From NCBI RefSeq assembly GCF_009914755.1, contig NC_060925.1: a DNA stretch of 64,000 nucleotides; one strand, written 5' to 3'. The notes below the pieces were generated by a model that was not told the DNA's origin, did no database searches, and saw nothing but the letters and a program-made list of their open reading frames with translations. Numbering within the stretch: the stretch's first letter is position 1; every line of letters starts with the position of its first letter. The DNA comes from the human T2T-CHM13v2.0 reference genome, Homo sapiens. The position numbers and the translations under genes were made by a program. Below, in pieces: positions 25,587 through 40,775 of the stretch.

Positions 25587-26137
25587 TATAATGGTTAATG
25601 TAACGTGTCAACTTCACCGAACCAAGGGGTGCCCAAATATTTGGGTGCCCAATATTTGGTTAACATTGCCCAAATATTTTCGGTAAACATTATTTCTGGG
25701 TATGCCCGTGATGGTGTTTCTCAATTAGATTAACATTTAAATTGGTACACAGATATCCCTCCTCAATATGAGTGGGTATCATTCAAAATGTTAATAGCCT
25801 AAATGGAACAAAAAAGAGAAGGAAGGGAGGACTGGTTCAATCTGCCTGACTGCTTGAGCTGAGACCTCATGACTTCAGATTCAGACTTACACCACCAAGT
25901 GCTCCAGGTTCTCTGGCTTTTGGACTTGAGACAGAGTGGTTCACCTTGTTTTCAGGCCTGTGGATGAGGACTTGAACTACACCACTGGCTTTCCTAGGTT
26001 TCCGGCTCACAGATGTCAGATTGTGGAACTTTTCAGCCCCCTTAATAGTGTGAGACAACTCCTTATAATAAAGGTATTTATATATATGCACATATATGTT
26101 ACTGTTTCTGTTACTCTACAGAACCCTGAGTAATATA
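25587..26137 (+). mobile_element. MLT2B-like ERVL solo LTR
   Basis: atggttaatgtaacgtgtcaactt start; attaacatttaaattggta; aactacaccactggctttcctaggtttcc; end gtttctgttactctacagaaccctgagtaatata. Confidence 0.85.
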
Positions 26138-26689
26138 AGCATATTCAGTCCTTTTAGATACTATTGTTAAACTTCATTAATAAATCTGTTTCCAAAGTCA
26201 CATTTATGTTATTGATTAATCTAAAATTTAGTTCCTTGACCAAAACGTATTTACTTTTCTATATTTAATCATGCTAATGGCAATATATAACCTAGAGCAA
26301 AATAAAAGAAACTACATCTAGTTAATACAAAAGTTACAATTGCCTTATTTATTAATAGATATACAGCTTTGTTAATTGCTTCTTATATACCAGAGCTAGT
26401 GGGAGTGGGACCACAAGTGGAGAGTAGAACAAAATATGAAGAAAAGAGTTTTTGGGCGAACAAGCTACAAACAGTAATATTGAAGTTTAGGGAGAAAAGA
26501 GTTTCCAAGAAGACAAACAGATAAAAGTAATAAAATGTTGCAAGGAAGGCAAGTAGGGAGATGTTTAGGGGTCTAATTTATGTATTTGGGGTTAATTCCA
26601 AATGACAAGGTCTAAATGAATGAATGAAAAGGAATGGAAATAGGTAGTTAATGACATTTCTATGCCATTCAAAGTTGCTCAGAAGAAAT

Positions 26690-27790
26690 AGCTTTGGGTC
26701 ATCCCTCACTGCTTTTGTTCTCATACTCTATTCAATTTAAGAAAATATTGTCACATCTGCCTTCAAAATAAATTCAAAATACAACCACTTTTCACTATCT
26801 GGACTGTTAATAACCTGTACTAATTCACCATTGCCTTTGCCCAGATTAAAGTAATACACTGCTATTCAGTACCCTTGCTTTGAGAGTTTCACCCCCTAGA
26901 TACACTTCTTAACCCAGGTTCCAAAATATTACTGTTAATAAATAACCCAGATACTGTCACTCCTCTGCTAAGTCTCTTAATGCTTCATATTTTCACTTTG
27001 AGTCAAATTCCCCTCCTTACTATGGTGGACAGATAGCCCAATGTATGGTCCTCCAATTACTTACGCTTTTTTCTTTGTCCTGCCTGAGAAAACACACATA
27101 ATAGCCTAACCATTCAGTGATCCAGCGAGCTGCATGTTTTTAACTACAGGCTTGAACCCAACCCAGGGCCTTGAACATTCTCAGGCACAGATAAAGTTGT
27201 TTAGGTTTTTTGCCCGAAACACTGAAATATCAACCAGGTTGCTAAACAAGTATAAATGAGCCCCTGCCCTGAGACAAAATCATTAAACCTTTTATAACTT
27301 CCGTTCTTTTAAGTAACAACCCTTTCCTTCCAGATATACTGGAGTACAACGTCACTTTTCTTACGTCTGTCATGAGGAAGCTGAAGCCCTCTGTATGATG
27401 TCAAGTTTCCCTAATAAATGCTTTAAACTGATGAACCTGGCGTTTAGTGCTTTTTTGGAATCAAAACTGGCCCATCTCCAGACAATTTGGGGCAGTCCCT
27501 TGCAGAAACTCCCTCGCTACTGCTTTTAGGGTGACTCCAGTCACGTGCTTGGACAATCAGAACATTTAAGTCATGCTCCTCAGTCTCCATTACCTCTGAG
27601 ACCTCATCTCCTATTAATTTCCTGCTTATTCTAGCCATTCTGACCTCCTCAGCCAACGCAAAATATCCCTAAATTCATGCCTCATATCCGCAATAGAATA
27701 TAAGCTCCATGAGGGCATGAATATTTATGCTATCTCTATATTATCTATAATCATTCCTGTTAATGAGTACAAACTTTAAAAATATTTTTT
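26690..27790 (+). mobile_element. L2 fragment split by an LTR at 27076-27564
   Basis: ctgccttcaaaataaattcaaaat...tgtcactcctctgctaa before the LTR; tagaatataagctccatgagggca...atatttttttggatgaa (L2 3' end) after it. Confidence 0.65.
27076..27564 (+). mobile_element. ERVL solo LTR (LTR47-like)
   Basis: TG...CA ends; gagctgcatgtttttaactacaggcttgaaccc, gggccttgaacattc, aataaatgctttaaactgatgaacctggcgtttagtgc. Confidence 0.7.
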
Positions 27791-28728
27791 GGATGAAAGG
27801 AGGAAGAAAAGAAGGAAAGAAAAATGGAGGGAAGGATTAACGGATGAGGAATAGAATTAGGAAAAAGAGAGAAATGATAGGGAAATTGCTTAATAGAGAA
27901 ACATGTATCTACAGGGATCCAGTTGTTATAGCACAAAATTTCTATTGCTCATGTTGTAAGGTCATATTTATATCCACTTAATTGGCAAATACTTTTACAT
28001 TTTAAGTTCTGTCTTCTAAGTCTCCTGACCAACTTGTTAAAATATTTCCCTTTTTCTTGATCAAGCTTATGGATAAGATTAACTTTGTATAATTTAACAT
28101 CTAGAAACCACCCGCTGCAGGTACCTAACTTTTAATATATCTGAAAATACATATCCAACAACTATGCATTACATACTTATTAAGTTGTGTCAGGTATTTT
28201 GATATTTTAGAAATAAGTCAAGAAAAAATGATTTTCTAAAGGATCTTATAATATTATAATAGGAGAACAAGATATGCACACATACATCAAGGTAGAATAC
28301 AACAAACAATGTACAAATTAAGGTAAAGAAACAATTAAATTCCAGCAAAGATGAGATTAGGGGTTTCTAAACAAAGAGAAACAAGGGCATAATATTCTCA
28401 CAAATATCTTATTCTCAAACAAAGCACTTGTGGATTTGGGGACAGCTTGAAAATTATGTAACTGTGGAACTAGCACAACATTTTTAGGAAGTCCAAATAC
28501 GATAACAAGATAATTTTCAGTAGTCTGTTATTCTCAGAGAAGACTGTTTAAATCAAGCGTAAAAATACATCTAATAAATAGATTTTTCAAGATAACCTTA
28601 TAATGTTAAATGTAAATTAGGTGATAAACCTAGGAATGTACTACATATGCATTTACAGGTTATGTCTACATTAGTGAACCAATATATACAATATTAGTTA
28701 TCCTTAAGGGTATTTTACTCCCAGTATT

Positions 28729-29048
28729 GGCTGAGCGTGGTGGCTCACACCTGTAATCCCAGCACTTTGGGAGGCTGAGATGGGAGGATCACCTGAGGCC
28801 ATGAGTTTGAGACCAGCCTGGCCAACATGGTGAAACCCTGTCTCTACTAAAAATACAAAAAAATTAGCCAGGCGTGGTAGCACATGCCTATAGAGCCACC
28901 TACTTGGGGTCCTGAGGCAGGAGAATCGCTTTAACTTGGGAGGTGGAGGGTACAGTGAGCCTAGATTCCACCACTGTACTCCAGCCTCGGTGAGAGAGCA
29001 AGACTCTGTCTCAAAACAATAAAATAAAATAAAATAAATTTTAAAAAT
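28729..29048 (+). mobile_element. AluS (Sx/Sz-like)
   Basis: Full dimer; gatcacctgagg...accagcctggccaacatggtg; TSD gtattttactcccagtat/gtattttattcccagtat. Confidence 0.9.
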
Positions 29049-31116
29049 GTATTTTATTCCCAGTATACATGCACATAAATAGGACACAACTGGAACGGTA
29101 AACTAATGTGATTTCCACAATATCTTGATAACGTTACTATGAAGTTAGAAATTCAAATTTATTTACTGTCCATAGAGAATTAAATTTGATTGCATAGGTC
29201 ATTCTGCCCATAGTGTCATGAAGTAGCCCAGTTTAGAAGAAGAAAACCTGAGGTCAGAAAAAAGGGAGCAGGCAAGGATATCTTCTAACAAGTTCAGGAG
29301 GAGCCTGAGCCTTGGAAAAATCCCTAAAAATAAGCATGTTGAAAGTTGAATCCTTATGGAGTTTTTGCAGCTAAGCCTTAAAGCCATTCATGAAAACAAA
29401 CAAACAAAATAAACAAACAAAAAACTTGGGTTTGAATGAAGAATGTGATGGTGAAGATGTGATGGTAATTTTTTGAAATGACATTTCTTTAATAAATATG
29501 ATACTGCTATTTGTGCACTTCACTATTACCGTAGGGTGACTTGTAACCACAATAAGTGAGAAGAGCAATACCTACTTCTCTCTGATTTTATAATAATCAA
29601 GCATAAAAATAAGATACATGGTATGTTAAGCCAATTGTGATCTTCCATATAAGTAATTTATGGTGAATGTAAAATTAAAATAGGATTATTTTAAAACTGA
29701 AAATGGAATCTAAAGTGCATAATGCAAAGACTAGAGGATTTTAAAGATATATTAGTAAAGTTATGACTAATCAAGAGTGGAGTAGAGTTGAATGATTTTT
29801 TTTCCATATTAAACAGTTGTGTTGTTTTCTTCAAGTTATTCTTGAGATGCTATTTATCTTTGAAGCAAAGAGATAGGCTAGCTAATTTCTCTTTTAGCTT
29901 CTTTTTTTCTGAAAAAATAATAAGACATTGAAACAATTCTGGCTTCTACAATGGTTAGCTACCACTCCTTTAAAATGTGACAATCATTTTGTCATAACAA
30001 TACTCATTTAAGAATAAAGACTTATAACCACTGTTACTAATCAATCTATACCTGTAAATCAATCCATATCTGCAAATTATCTGCTTTGGTACTGATGTAA
30101 TATATGTAGAAAAAAATTACCATAAATTCGATTAAATTTAAATGTAGAGTTCCTACAACCTAATTTGTTGCCTAGAAACAAAATCTTTTGATATGCATTG
30201 GTGAATTGCTAAATTTACTTTGTACATGCAGAATATATTTTTAACACACTACTGCCCATTTAATGAGAAAATATGTAATGCAATGGGAAATATGTGTTTT
30301 CTGTAAGAAATTCTCTTTTATGAAGGTAAGGAAAGGGAAAAAATAGGAAAAACTATTTTGTTCTATGTAGTAAAATATAATTTTGGTTTGTATTAAGCAA
30401 TGGAAACACTTCACTCAGATCAATGTTATCAAAATTGCTCAAATGTACTATATAAGCTTTGATACTCAATAGTAACTTGTTAATTAAAAAAGTGACATTG
30501 TGGTTGAAATTCCCTCATATTTGAACTAAAATCAATGTTTAAATAAGTCAACTTTTTATAAGGCAAAGGAATATGAAACAAATATTTTTAGGTAAAAACT
30601 GAAAATATTTTAGCAGAGATTCATTAGCACATAAGTAGCAAAAAAAGAATGTCATCAGCTTAAACTTTTGTAGTTAATATAGAAAAAATAATTAATTATA
30701 TATTATATTTCAGTCATATATTATCCCATTTAAATAAAATAAATTATAAAAGTAAATTTCATATGAATATTTTAATAATCGAGTTTTACAGTACTATTCA
30801 ATGTTTGCATATTTCCAAATTCTGCACAAAGAATGTTTTAATTTTTAAATTTGATGAAAAATCATGTGTTTCATAAAACCATAACTTTGTTATATAAGAT
30901 CTATTGAAATATCATACAGGAAAAAAAATTAAGATGGTATTTAGCACTTTAAGTACTAAATAATTTTTGCCATCAAAATTTATCAATTGCATTTAAATGC
31001 TTGTTAATTCATCACCTATTCCTCTTTCTTTTTATTGAAAGATGTATTTAAGTATTACTGAAAACCATGCAACCACATCAGTGTCAATGATGATGATTAT
31101 TTTGGGGGGAAATACG

Positions 31117-31416
31117 TTTTTTTTTTCTTTTTTTTTTTTTGAGATGGAGTCTTGCTCTGTTGCCCAGGCTGGAGTGTGTCACGATCTTGGCTCACTGCAA
31201 GCTCCACCTCCCGGGTTCACGCCATTCTCCTGCCTTAGCCTCCTGAGTAGCTGGGACTACAGGCGCCCACCACCACGCCCGCTAATGTTTTGTATTTTTA
31301 GTAGAGACAGGGTTTCACCGTGTTAGCCAGGATGGTCTCGATCTCCTGACCTCATATTCCACCCGCCTCGGCCTCCCAAAGTGCTGGGATTACAAGCGTG
31401 AGCCACCGCACCTGGC
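31117..31416 (-). mobile_element. AluY
   Basis: Antisense Y diagnostics gcaagctcc, cacgccattctcc, accgtgttagccaggatggtctcgatctcc; 19-bp TSD with 3 mismatches (31098-31116/31417-31435). Confidence 0.92.
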
Positions 31417-31630
31417 TATTTTTTGGGGAAATATGAAAAATTTATTCAGACTCAATATATAACATTGACATTATATATACAATGGCAATTTCATGCCTAA
31501 ACCAACATTTATTCTAGTTTTTATTTTATATAAGATCTAGATAAGATTAGAGGTTTCCTTTTTTTTTTTAACTACTCAAAACAATAAATGAGGATTTCCC
31601 TCAGGCCAAGATGAAGTAAAAGATATTTAA

Positions 31631-31945
<315 letters not shown>

Positions 31946-32003
31946 CGAGATTGAATTTATAAAGTAACCAAAACAATCAGACAGTATGTAAGAAATAACT
32001 TTC

Positions 32004-32440
<437 letters not shown>

Positions 32441-33589
32441 TCAATTATTGCCTTGGAGAGTTTCCAGGCTGCAGCACAGGAAAAGCAAACCCAGACAGAG
32501 CTCAGCAAACTTCCTTTATTGAGAAGAAAGAACTGTGAGACTGGGATTATGATGCAGTTTCCAAGAGAGGATCAGAGACAACGGAATTTCACAGAGAAAG
32601 GACCCCAATATTTGCAACAGGGTCTCCTAAAGTATTCAGCAAAGTACTGATCAGTCCAGGAATTTCAGGCAACTAACCAAGGAAGAGAAAATAACTATCT
32701 GAACAAAATTAAAAAGCTTAATACCTGGTATCACATCTACATGCAATAGAGTGACTACTTTTAGTAGCTAGACTTGAAATCTCATAATTCACAAGGCACC
32801 TACACATATAATGTTCACAATAGATTTGCCTTAGTGTTGGAGAATAATTTGCCCAAGATTGAACATTGCTCTAATGTGCCCAACAGACTTTAAAAGATGG
32901 TAAATGATGAAACAATTTCCAAGTAACTAAAGTACTTCTAATAAGAAAGCACAAAAATGTTATAGGATTAAAAATGTCAGGCAAACAACAACATAAAATT
33001 CACACTGTCTAACATTCATTCAATAAACACATTACATAGAAAAAAAAGCAATAAAAACCGTAATGAAGGAAAATATATCAATCAAAATTGACTCTGAAAT
33101 AAAATGTTAGGATGAGAAAGCACATGTATTAAGCAGTTATTATTGTTGTATTTCAGATGTCCAATAAGTGAAAAGATATAGAGGATATACAATTATTATA
33201 TTAGAATGTAAAAGCTGAAAAATGCACAAAATAAGATTAGCAGTCGATTGCAGTTTTAAGTAAAAAGGATCAATGTCTTGAAGACACAGTAATAGAAACC
33301 ACCCAAAATGAAATATACAGAGAAGAAATAATTTAAAATAATGAAAAAGTATAAATGAGCTTGGGAACAACTTCAACAGCCCTAATAAAATTTTAAGTAG
33401 GATCTCCAAAACAGGAGTGAGAGAACAAAAAAAAATGACTTCCAGAAATAATGAGTAAAAATGGCCAGACTTTATAAAGCTATTACTCCACAGGTCTTAG
33501 CCAGCAAAAAAAATGAACTGAAACAATAAAAAAAAAAATTACTCAATTTGTCCAAAAAAAAGGCAAAAAAAAAAAAATCCAAGCACAAG

Positions 33590-34645
33590 ATGGGCAAAGA
33601 CTTCATGACTAAAATACCAAAAGCAATGGCAACAAAAGCCAAAATAGACAAATGGGATCTAATTAAACTAAAGAGCTTCTGCACAGCAAAAGAAACTATC
33701 AGCAGAGTTAATAGGCAACCTACAGAATGGGAGAAAATTTTTGAAATCTATCCATCTGACAAAGGGCTAATATCCAGAATCTACAAAGAACTGAAACAAT
33801 ACAAGAAAAAAAACAAACAACCCCATCAAAAAGTGGACGAAGGATATTAACAGACACTTCTCAGAAGAAGACATTTATGCAGCCAACAAACTTATGAAAA
33901 AATGCTCATCATCACTGGTCATCAGATAAATGCAAATCAAAACCACAATGAGATACCATCTCACACCAATTAGAATGGCAATCATTAAAAAGTCAGGAAA
34001 CAACAGATGCTGGAGAGGATGTGAAGAAACAGGAACACTTTTACACTCATTATGGGAGTGTAAATTAGTTCAACCATTGTGGAAGACAGTGTGGCTACTC
34101 CCCAAGGATCTAGAACAAGAAATACCATTTGACCCAGCAATCCCATTACTGGGTATATACCCAAAGGATTATAAATCATTCCACTGTAAAGACACATGCA
34201 CAGTATGTTTATTGCAGCACTGTTCACAATAGAAAAGTCTTGGAATCAACCCAAATTCCAACCAGTGATAGACTAGATAAAGAAAATGTGGCACACATAC
34301 ACCATGGAATACTATGCAGCCATAAAAAAGGATGAGTTTGTGTCCTCTGCAGGGACATGAATGAAACTGGAAACCATCATTCTCAGCAAAGTAACACAAG
34401 AAGAGAAAACCAAACACTGCATGTTGTCACTCATAAGTGGGAGTTGAACAATAAGAACACATGTACACAGGGAGGGGAACATCACAGACTGGGGGTGGGG
34501 GCTGGGGGAGGGATAGCATTAGGAGAAATATCTAATGTAAATGACAAGTTGATGAGTGCAGCAAACCAACATGGCACATGTAGACCTATGTAACAAACCT
34601 GAACATGTACCCCAGAACTTAAAGTATAATAAAAAAATAAAAAAG
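33590..34645 (+). mobile_element. 5'-truncated L1PA7-like element (ORF2 C-terminus plus 3'UTR)
   Basis: ORFs 33548-33850 and 33930-34232 translate to decayed L1 ORF2 ([34 protein letters not shown]; [30 protein letters not shown]); 3'UTR ends ccagaacttaaagtataataaa. Confidence 0.92.
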
Positions 34646-37132
34646 AATACGGTGCTCAGGTACATTATAAACATATTTCTCAAAACTAGTGATAGAGAAA
34701 CTTTTTTAAAAGCCAGAGAAAAACAGCACATTGCATACAGAAGACCACTTGTGTTATAAATGACAGCAGATTTCTTGTCAAAACTATGTAAGGCAGAAGA
34801 CAGTGGAGCAAGATCTTTAAAATACTGACAGAAAAGTCAACCTAGAGTTCTATAACCATTTAAAATATATCTTAAAAACAAAGACAAAATTAAGAGTTCT
34901 TCAGACACAGAAAGGCTGAAAGAATTCACCACTGGCAGACTCATCACACTCCAAGATATGCTGAAAAAAAAGTACTTCAGGCATAAGGAATATTATAACA
35001 AATGGAAATACAGATATACATAAAGGAATAAGGAGGAGTAGAAAGGGTAACATGATGGAGTATATGTAAGATTTTTCTTATACATATGTTATGACTTTTA
35101 CAATGCACATTTTATTTTAGTTCATACAACTAATTATTTTTTTAAAAAACAATTAAAATGTAACAATAAAAAACCACTCCAATAGTCAAAAAGAAGGCAG
35201 AAAAAAAGGAAAAGGGAAATAAACAACAAAGAGGACAAATGAAAACTACAAAGCAGGGTGATAAACCTAAATGTAATTATATGAGTAATCACACTAAATA
35301 CAAGTGTTCTAAATACCTTGATTCAGAGGCAAAGATTGTCAAATTTGATTTGAAAAGCAAGGCCAAATATGTGCTGCCAAGAAGAAATATACTTTAAATA
35401 GAAAGACATAAATAAGTTAAAAGTAAAAGAATAATAAAATATATGCTATGAATACTAATCAAAAGAAAGTTGGAATGACTGTATTAATAATAGAAAAAAG
35501 GTTATTTCAGAGCAAAGAAAAACTGAGATAAAAAAGGTGATTTCATAACTATAAAGTGGCCAATTAAGATTACACAGCAATTCAATCTTAAACTGTTTCA
35601 CTTAGGAACAAATGTTCAAAATACATGAAGCAAAAACTGCTAAAACTGCAAGCATAAAGAGGAAAATTCACAATTATAGTTGGAGATTTAAATATCCATC
35701 TTTCAATTAGATAAAATATCAGCAAGCATATGAAAAACTCTAACTCAACCAACTTTATATAATTTCACATTTATAGAATACCCTACCAAACAACAGCATG
35801 CTGTACATTCTTTCAAGTACACATGAATTATGTATAAAGATACACCATATTCTGGGTCATAAAAATGTCTCAATAAATTAGAATAAATTCAAGTCATAGA
35901 AAGTATGTTCTCATTCCACAATAAAATTAAATAACCATTCAAATAAAGAAAGATATTTGAAAAATTCCTAAATATTGGAAACACATATCTAAATAGCTCA
36001 TGAGTCAAAAAAAAAAAATCAAAGGTGAATTACAAATGTTTCCAATGTGGCTAGAGCAGTATTTAGGGAAATTTTATAGCATTAATGGCCTAGATTAGTA
36101 ATTTTTTAGAAAGGGTCTGAACCAAATGACTTCAACCTCCCCCTTAAGAAACCAGAAAAAGCGAAAAAAAAAAAAAGAAACTCGAATTAAACAGAAGATA
36201 GGAAATAATACAGATCAGCATAGAAATCAATAAAATAGATAATAGAAAAAACAACAAACAAAAGTTAGTGATGCAAGAAAATTAATGCAACTGTTAAACT
36301 TTTAATCATACTGATCAGAAAAAAATAAAAATATTTGATCATTATCAAGAAATATGTAGTAATATTACTCAGATTCTATAGATTTTAAATGTATAACTAG
36401 GGAATATTAAGAACAAATTTATGCCAACAAATTTAACAAGTTTGATGAAATGAATTAACTCTTTTAAAGAAACAAAATATGAAAGCACACTCATAGGCAG
36501 ACAACCTGAATATCCCTATATCTAACAAAGCACATACTGTAAAAAATCATTTATGTAAAATTCTAGAAAATGAAAACCAATCTATCAATAAAAAGTCGAT
36601 CAGTGTTTAACTGGAAACATGCAATTGTAGCAGGGAGGGATGAAAGAGTGAAATTAACAGGGAGCCTAGGGAAGCATTTGAGGATGATGGATATGTTTAC
36701 TATCTTGATTGTATGATGGATGGATTCATGGTTGTATTATATGTAATATATTGCAAGTTATCTCAATTGTGCTATTTCTTCTCTGTTTTTTCTTCCTCTT
36801 TTGACAACAGCCAGGTGTGAACTGGGAGAAGCAGCAGCTACTCCACTTTCTTTGGTATTTGGGATCCAGCCATTAGATGAGTTTACCACTCCATCTTTGC
36901 TTGCTCGTGCCTAGAATAATCACACTACAATTCCATATCCAATCATAAAAGATTAAATGGTCAGGTCATTTTGAGAGAACACCTCTAGTTCTCATGAAAC
37001 TATCAACATGATACACACAGAGAAACTGGTTGAAGAGGCTGGAATTAATTTCTGAATCCTTATGTCACTCTATCAATTTCCTAGCCTTAATTTCTTTTCT
37101 GACCTGCTCTTCAGGACTTAAGATAACTGTTT

Positions 37133-37164
<32 letters not shown>
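37133..37164. repeat. (GTT)n microsatellite
   Basis: Direct inspection. Confidence 0.95.
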
Positions 37165-37186
37165 ACAGTTGTTTTTTAAAGGATTA

Positions 37187-37540
37187 TGTGTTAGTTTATT
37201 TTTGACGGTATAACAGAATATCTAAGAACAGGTAATTTACAATGAAAATAAATTTACTGGCTCACAGTTCTGGAGGCTAGGAAGTCCAATATCAAGATGC
37301 TGGCATCTGGTGAGAGCCTTCCTGCTGAGTCATCACATGGCAGACAACAAGAGGGCAAGAAAGGGCAAGAAAGAGCAAGAAGGGTCCAAAGTCTCCTTTT
37401 TATAATGGCAGTGATCACACCCATGAAGATGAAGCCCAGATGACCTAATCACCTCTTAAGGGTCTCACTTCTTAACGCTGTCACAGTGACAAATAAATGT
37501 CAACATGAGTTTTGGAGGGGACAAACATTCAAACCATGCA
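37187..37540 (-). mobile_element. MST (MSTD-like) MaLR solo LTR
   Basis: ggctcacagttctggaggctaggaagtccaatatcaag, tgacctaatcacctcttaag, caacatgagttttggaggggacaaacattcaaacc. Confidence 0.88.
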
Positions 37541-37859
37541 AAGTAGTATGAGCAATATAAAAATTTTTTCTTTAGTCAGTTGTTTTTCAATCGAAATAAA
37601 ATATTTTCTTACATGTAAACTAAAATATATTTTGTTAAATGTTAGTGAAGAATATACTCAAAATTATACGTATGTAATTTTTAGACATTAATAATTGGAC
37701 TTGATATATTATTCATAATTATTATATTTAATTAAGGAAGAACTTTTTCACCTATTTACTCATTCACTCATTCAGGATTACTTTCCAAAGGGAATTTATA
37801 TTTAGATATGAAAAGGGAGTTAAAGTTACTCATTTTTTCTAGAAAATTTATATAGCATT

Positions 37860-38230
37860 ACCTAATATGTGTTAGATAATTTGCTGAATGATATGAATGT
37901 AAAGATTAGAGATGTAAACCCTGACATTGTGTACACTAACATGATATGATATAATGTAGTAAATCCTAAAACCGAAAAATGTACAAAGTGTTGGGGAGCA
38001 TAGTAGATTAAGAATGGTATATGAGAAAAGGGAAAGGAAAGAGGCATTTTAAGAAGAGACTCAGTGTGTAATATGGTGGACTTAGGGAGCCATGAGTGGT
38101 TTAGCATTATTATAATATAGGCCATAAACACCAAAGATGCAAGGGGAAACACATGGACCCATCCTGTGGAGATATAAGAACACTTTGTAAAGAGGCAAAA
38201 TGTATGCATATGTCATTTCTAAGAAATTAT
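37860..38230 (-). mobile_element. L2 fragment
   Basis: tacaaagtgttggggagcata...gaggcattttaagaagag matches the antisense L2 3' region. Confidence 0.5.
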
Positions 38231-39428
38231 AAAAAATACAAATGCTATATTTTGTCCAGATTTTCCAGTCATGACATGGTATGAATTTATACCAGGGAAC
38301 TAGAATAAAAAATACCAAAATCATACATTCCATAAATAGAATCAAACATCCAACCTTATAGTGTATATTATCCTGAACTATATTTGGAAGTTGGTTACTG
38401 TAATTTGAATGAGTTATCATCTTCTTAAAATACTATGCAATCAAATGGGAGCACCACTCAATTTATTGGTACCTCTTATTAAAGTTCATTTTAACAAATC
38501 AGTGACAGTAATGTTGGTCAAAGAGTGACAGTCTGATTAAGGCAATGTATTTCTTTAGGATTTGATTGATGGAATTCTTTGTTTAAATGATGGTAAACAG
38601 GTAAATACACCTCTATGATAAAATATACAGGACCTCAATAAACAGGTTCTTTATAAAGCTGGAAACATACAAATTACATTGGGCTGAAGGACAAAAGCAG
38701 AAAGTCTTTTCTCTAATGCACTGTGCCTTGTAGTTTATGACTGTCTAGTATGGTAGGGGTTTAGCAAAAGTAAATCTCCATAACTGCCAGTCAAACAATG
38801 ACAGTTAATAGAAGTTTTACCCAGTGTCATGAAGGTAATAATTAACAATTTATAGCAAAAAGGAAGAGCATGATAATAAAAAAAGTCAGCAGCTAATAAA
38901 GAAAAAGAATGAAGTAGCTGCATGAACACTGTACCCAGGCAATCATCATAAATAAACCAATAGAGTAACTATCCCTTTAACAAAGCATCTCCGTATCAGA
39001 GAATCAGACTGCAGAAGCTGGAGAAGGCCCGTACTTCATCATTCATTCTACCTCACTAGACTCCAACTCCATGCCCTCCTGACCAAGGAGGTAATTGGTA
39101 CTTAGATTTTATAATTTAATGCTTCGTTAAGGAGGTTCTACTATGTCAGAGTGTGATTTTTTTCATTTCTACTAAGCAAAACGCAATTCTGAAAGATTAT
39201 CTGAGACACATGCAAATAAAGATACATGGACATAAAAAATGTGAGATTGATCTTTCACATAAGTAAACCAATTTTCAGCTATTGAATATAATTTTAAGTT
39301 ATAATGAATTTCATGCTACCAAAACATTTGTCCTATATTTCATCAAAAAAGACAGATTTTCTCATGACCAAGGCCACTTAAGTTAGGCAACAAGATAAGC
39401 CAATTACTAGCCACAATAATCTGATACC

Positions 39429-39437
39429 TAGATAGAT

Positions 39438-39483
<46 letters not shown>

Positions 39484-39490
39484 CAGATAG
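39429..39490. repeat. Compound GATA tetranucleotide STR: (TAGA)2 TGA (TAGA)11 CAGA TAG
   Basis: Direct count. Confidence 0.95.
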
Positions 39491-40775
39491 TGATAGAACA
39501 TAATATCACTATGTAGTATAAACATACCCTCATATATCTTGTCTCATTTAAGCAAAATAACCAATTTGATAATATCTATTATCTTCCAGGCTACCTTACA
39601 TATACAATCTCATTGAATTCTAACAGCATCAGTGGCTCGAATACTGAGGCAGAATTTAGTTTTTGTTTTTTTGTTTGTTTGTTTGTTTCAGGTCCAGTGA
39701 TCCTACATGAAACCCTATTCCTTTTCTTGAAATCATGATGATCCCTAGAAAGAAAGACAGGACTCAAGGGCACCTATTAGAATGTATCTAATACATTCAA
39801 ATTAATTGCATTATTCTGATTATATATTTGCTTTGGAAGGTACATTTTGCTACAGCATGAAGGGATGTGTAAGGTCATTCCTTGAAACCAAAGGAGAAAT
39901 TTCTATAAAAGTTTAATGAAAATCTGTAGAAAGCTGATTGAAGTCAATTTGCTAAAATTTGTGAGCAATACTGTTCTGATGAAAAAACTCAAAACAAAAT
40001 CTTCTTTCTCTCTTTTAAAATAAATTATTTCTCTGTTTTGGCAGTAAAAATGTTGGAAGCCGAGAGGCTCAAAAATTATTATTTCTGTCTCTCCTGCTCC
40101 CATTCTAAATTACTTAAAAAATAAGTCAAAGAGAAATCTTTAAAGTTGATTAAGAAGAACTTTGTTTATATATGCCAGCAATTATTTTTACTAAGTCCGA
40201 ACCCCAGAATATGATAAAGTTTTACAACTAGATTTCCCCAAGATTGGCCTGAGCCAGTCATGCCCAAATATTCCTTCCATGTTCACAAATCAAGACAGTC
40301 ATGATGCACCTAAGGCAAAGAGTGAATGAGAGAGTGAGGAGAGGATAAAGATACATAAACTGATGTCCTTTAATCCTGAAAGAAATATCATGAGTGGGAA
40401 ATAAGGAATCAATGTGGCTAAACATTAAAAGACTCTGAACTCAATGGAAATTCCTAATAAAATATAAATAATTTTAGATTTTTAAATGTGTGTAATTTGC
40501 AAAAATTATATTAATTCATTATTTTTCTGATTAACTTTTTTGCAGTTGGTGCATCTCATGATTAAGTATCTACTTTTTCTGATGCACTTAAGGATGTCAT
40601 CTAAAACAGATACTTTCCACTCAATAGTGAGTATAATTTAAATAATTATTAAATAGAAAAATTTTGATCTATATACACATTTTATTGAATATGGGCCTTT
40701 TATTATCTCATATTTTAAATTGAGCTGTGTCTTCAATTCAGGAAAATGTACTGATAACAAAGAAGATGGTTCTAA

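Noticed and set aside
33548-34232. ORFs with real protein similarity
   Set aside because: These are frameshifted, stop-interrupted L1 ORF2 remnants of the L1PA7 element, not a host gene. The same applies to 49383-49634 and 63251-63469.
39429-39490. GATA STRs (also 60619) as named forensic markers
   Set aside because: The flanks do not match the CODIS loci I can recall, so no name is assigned.
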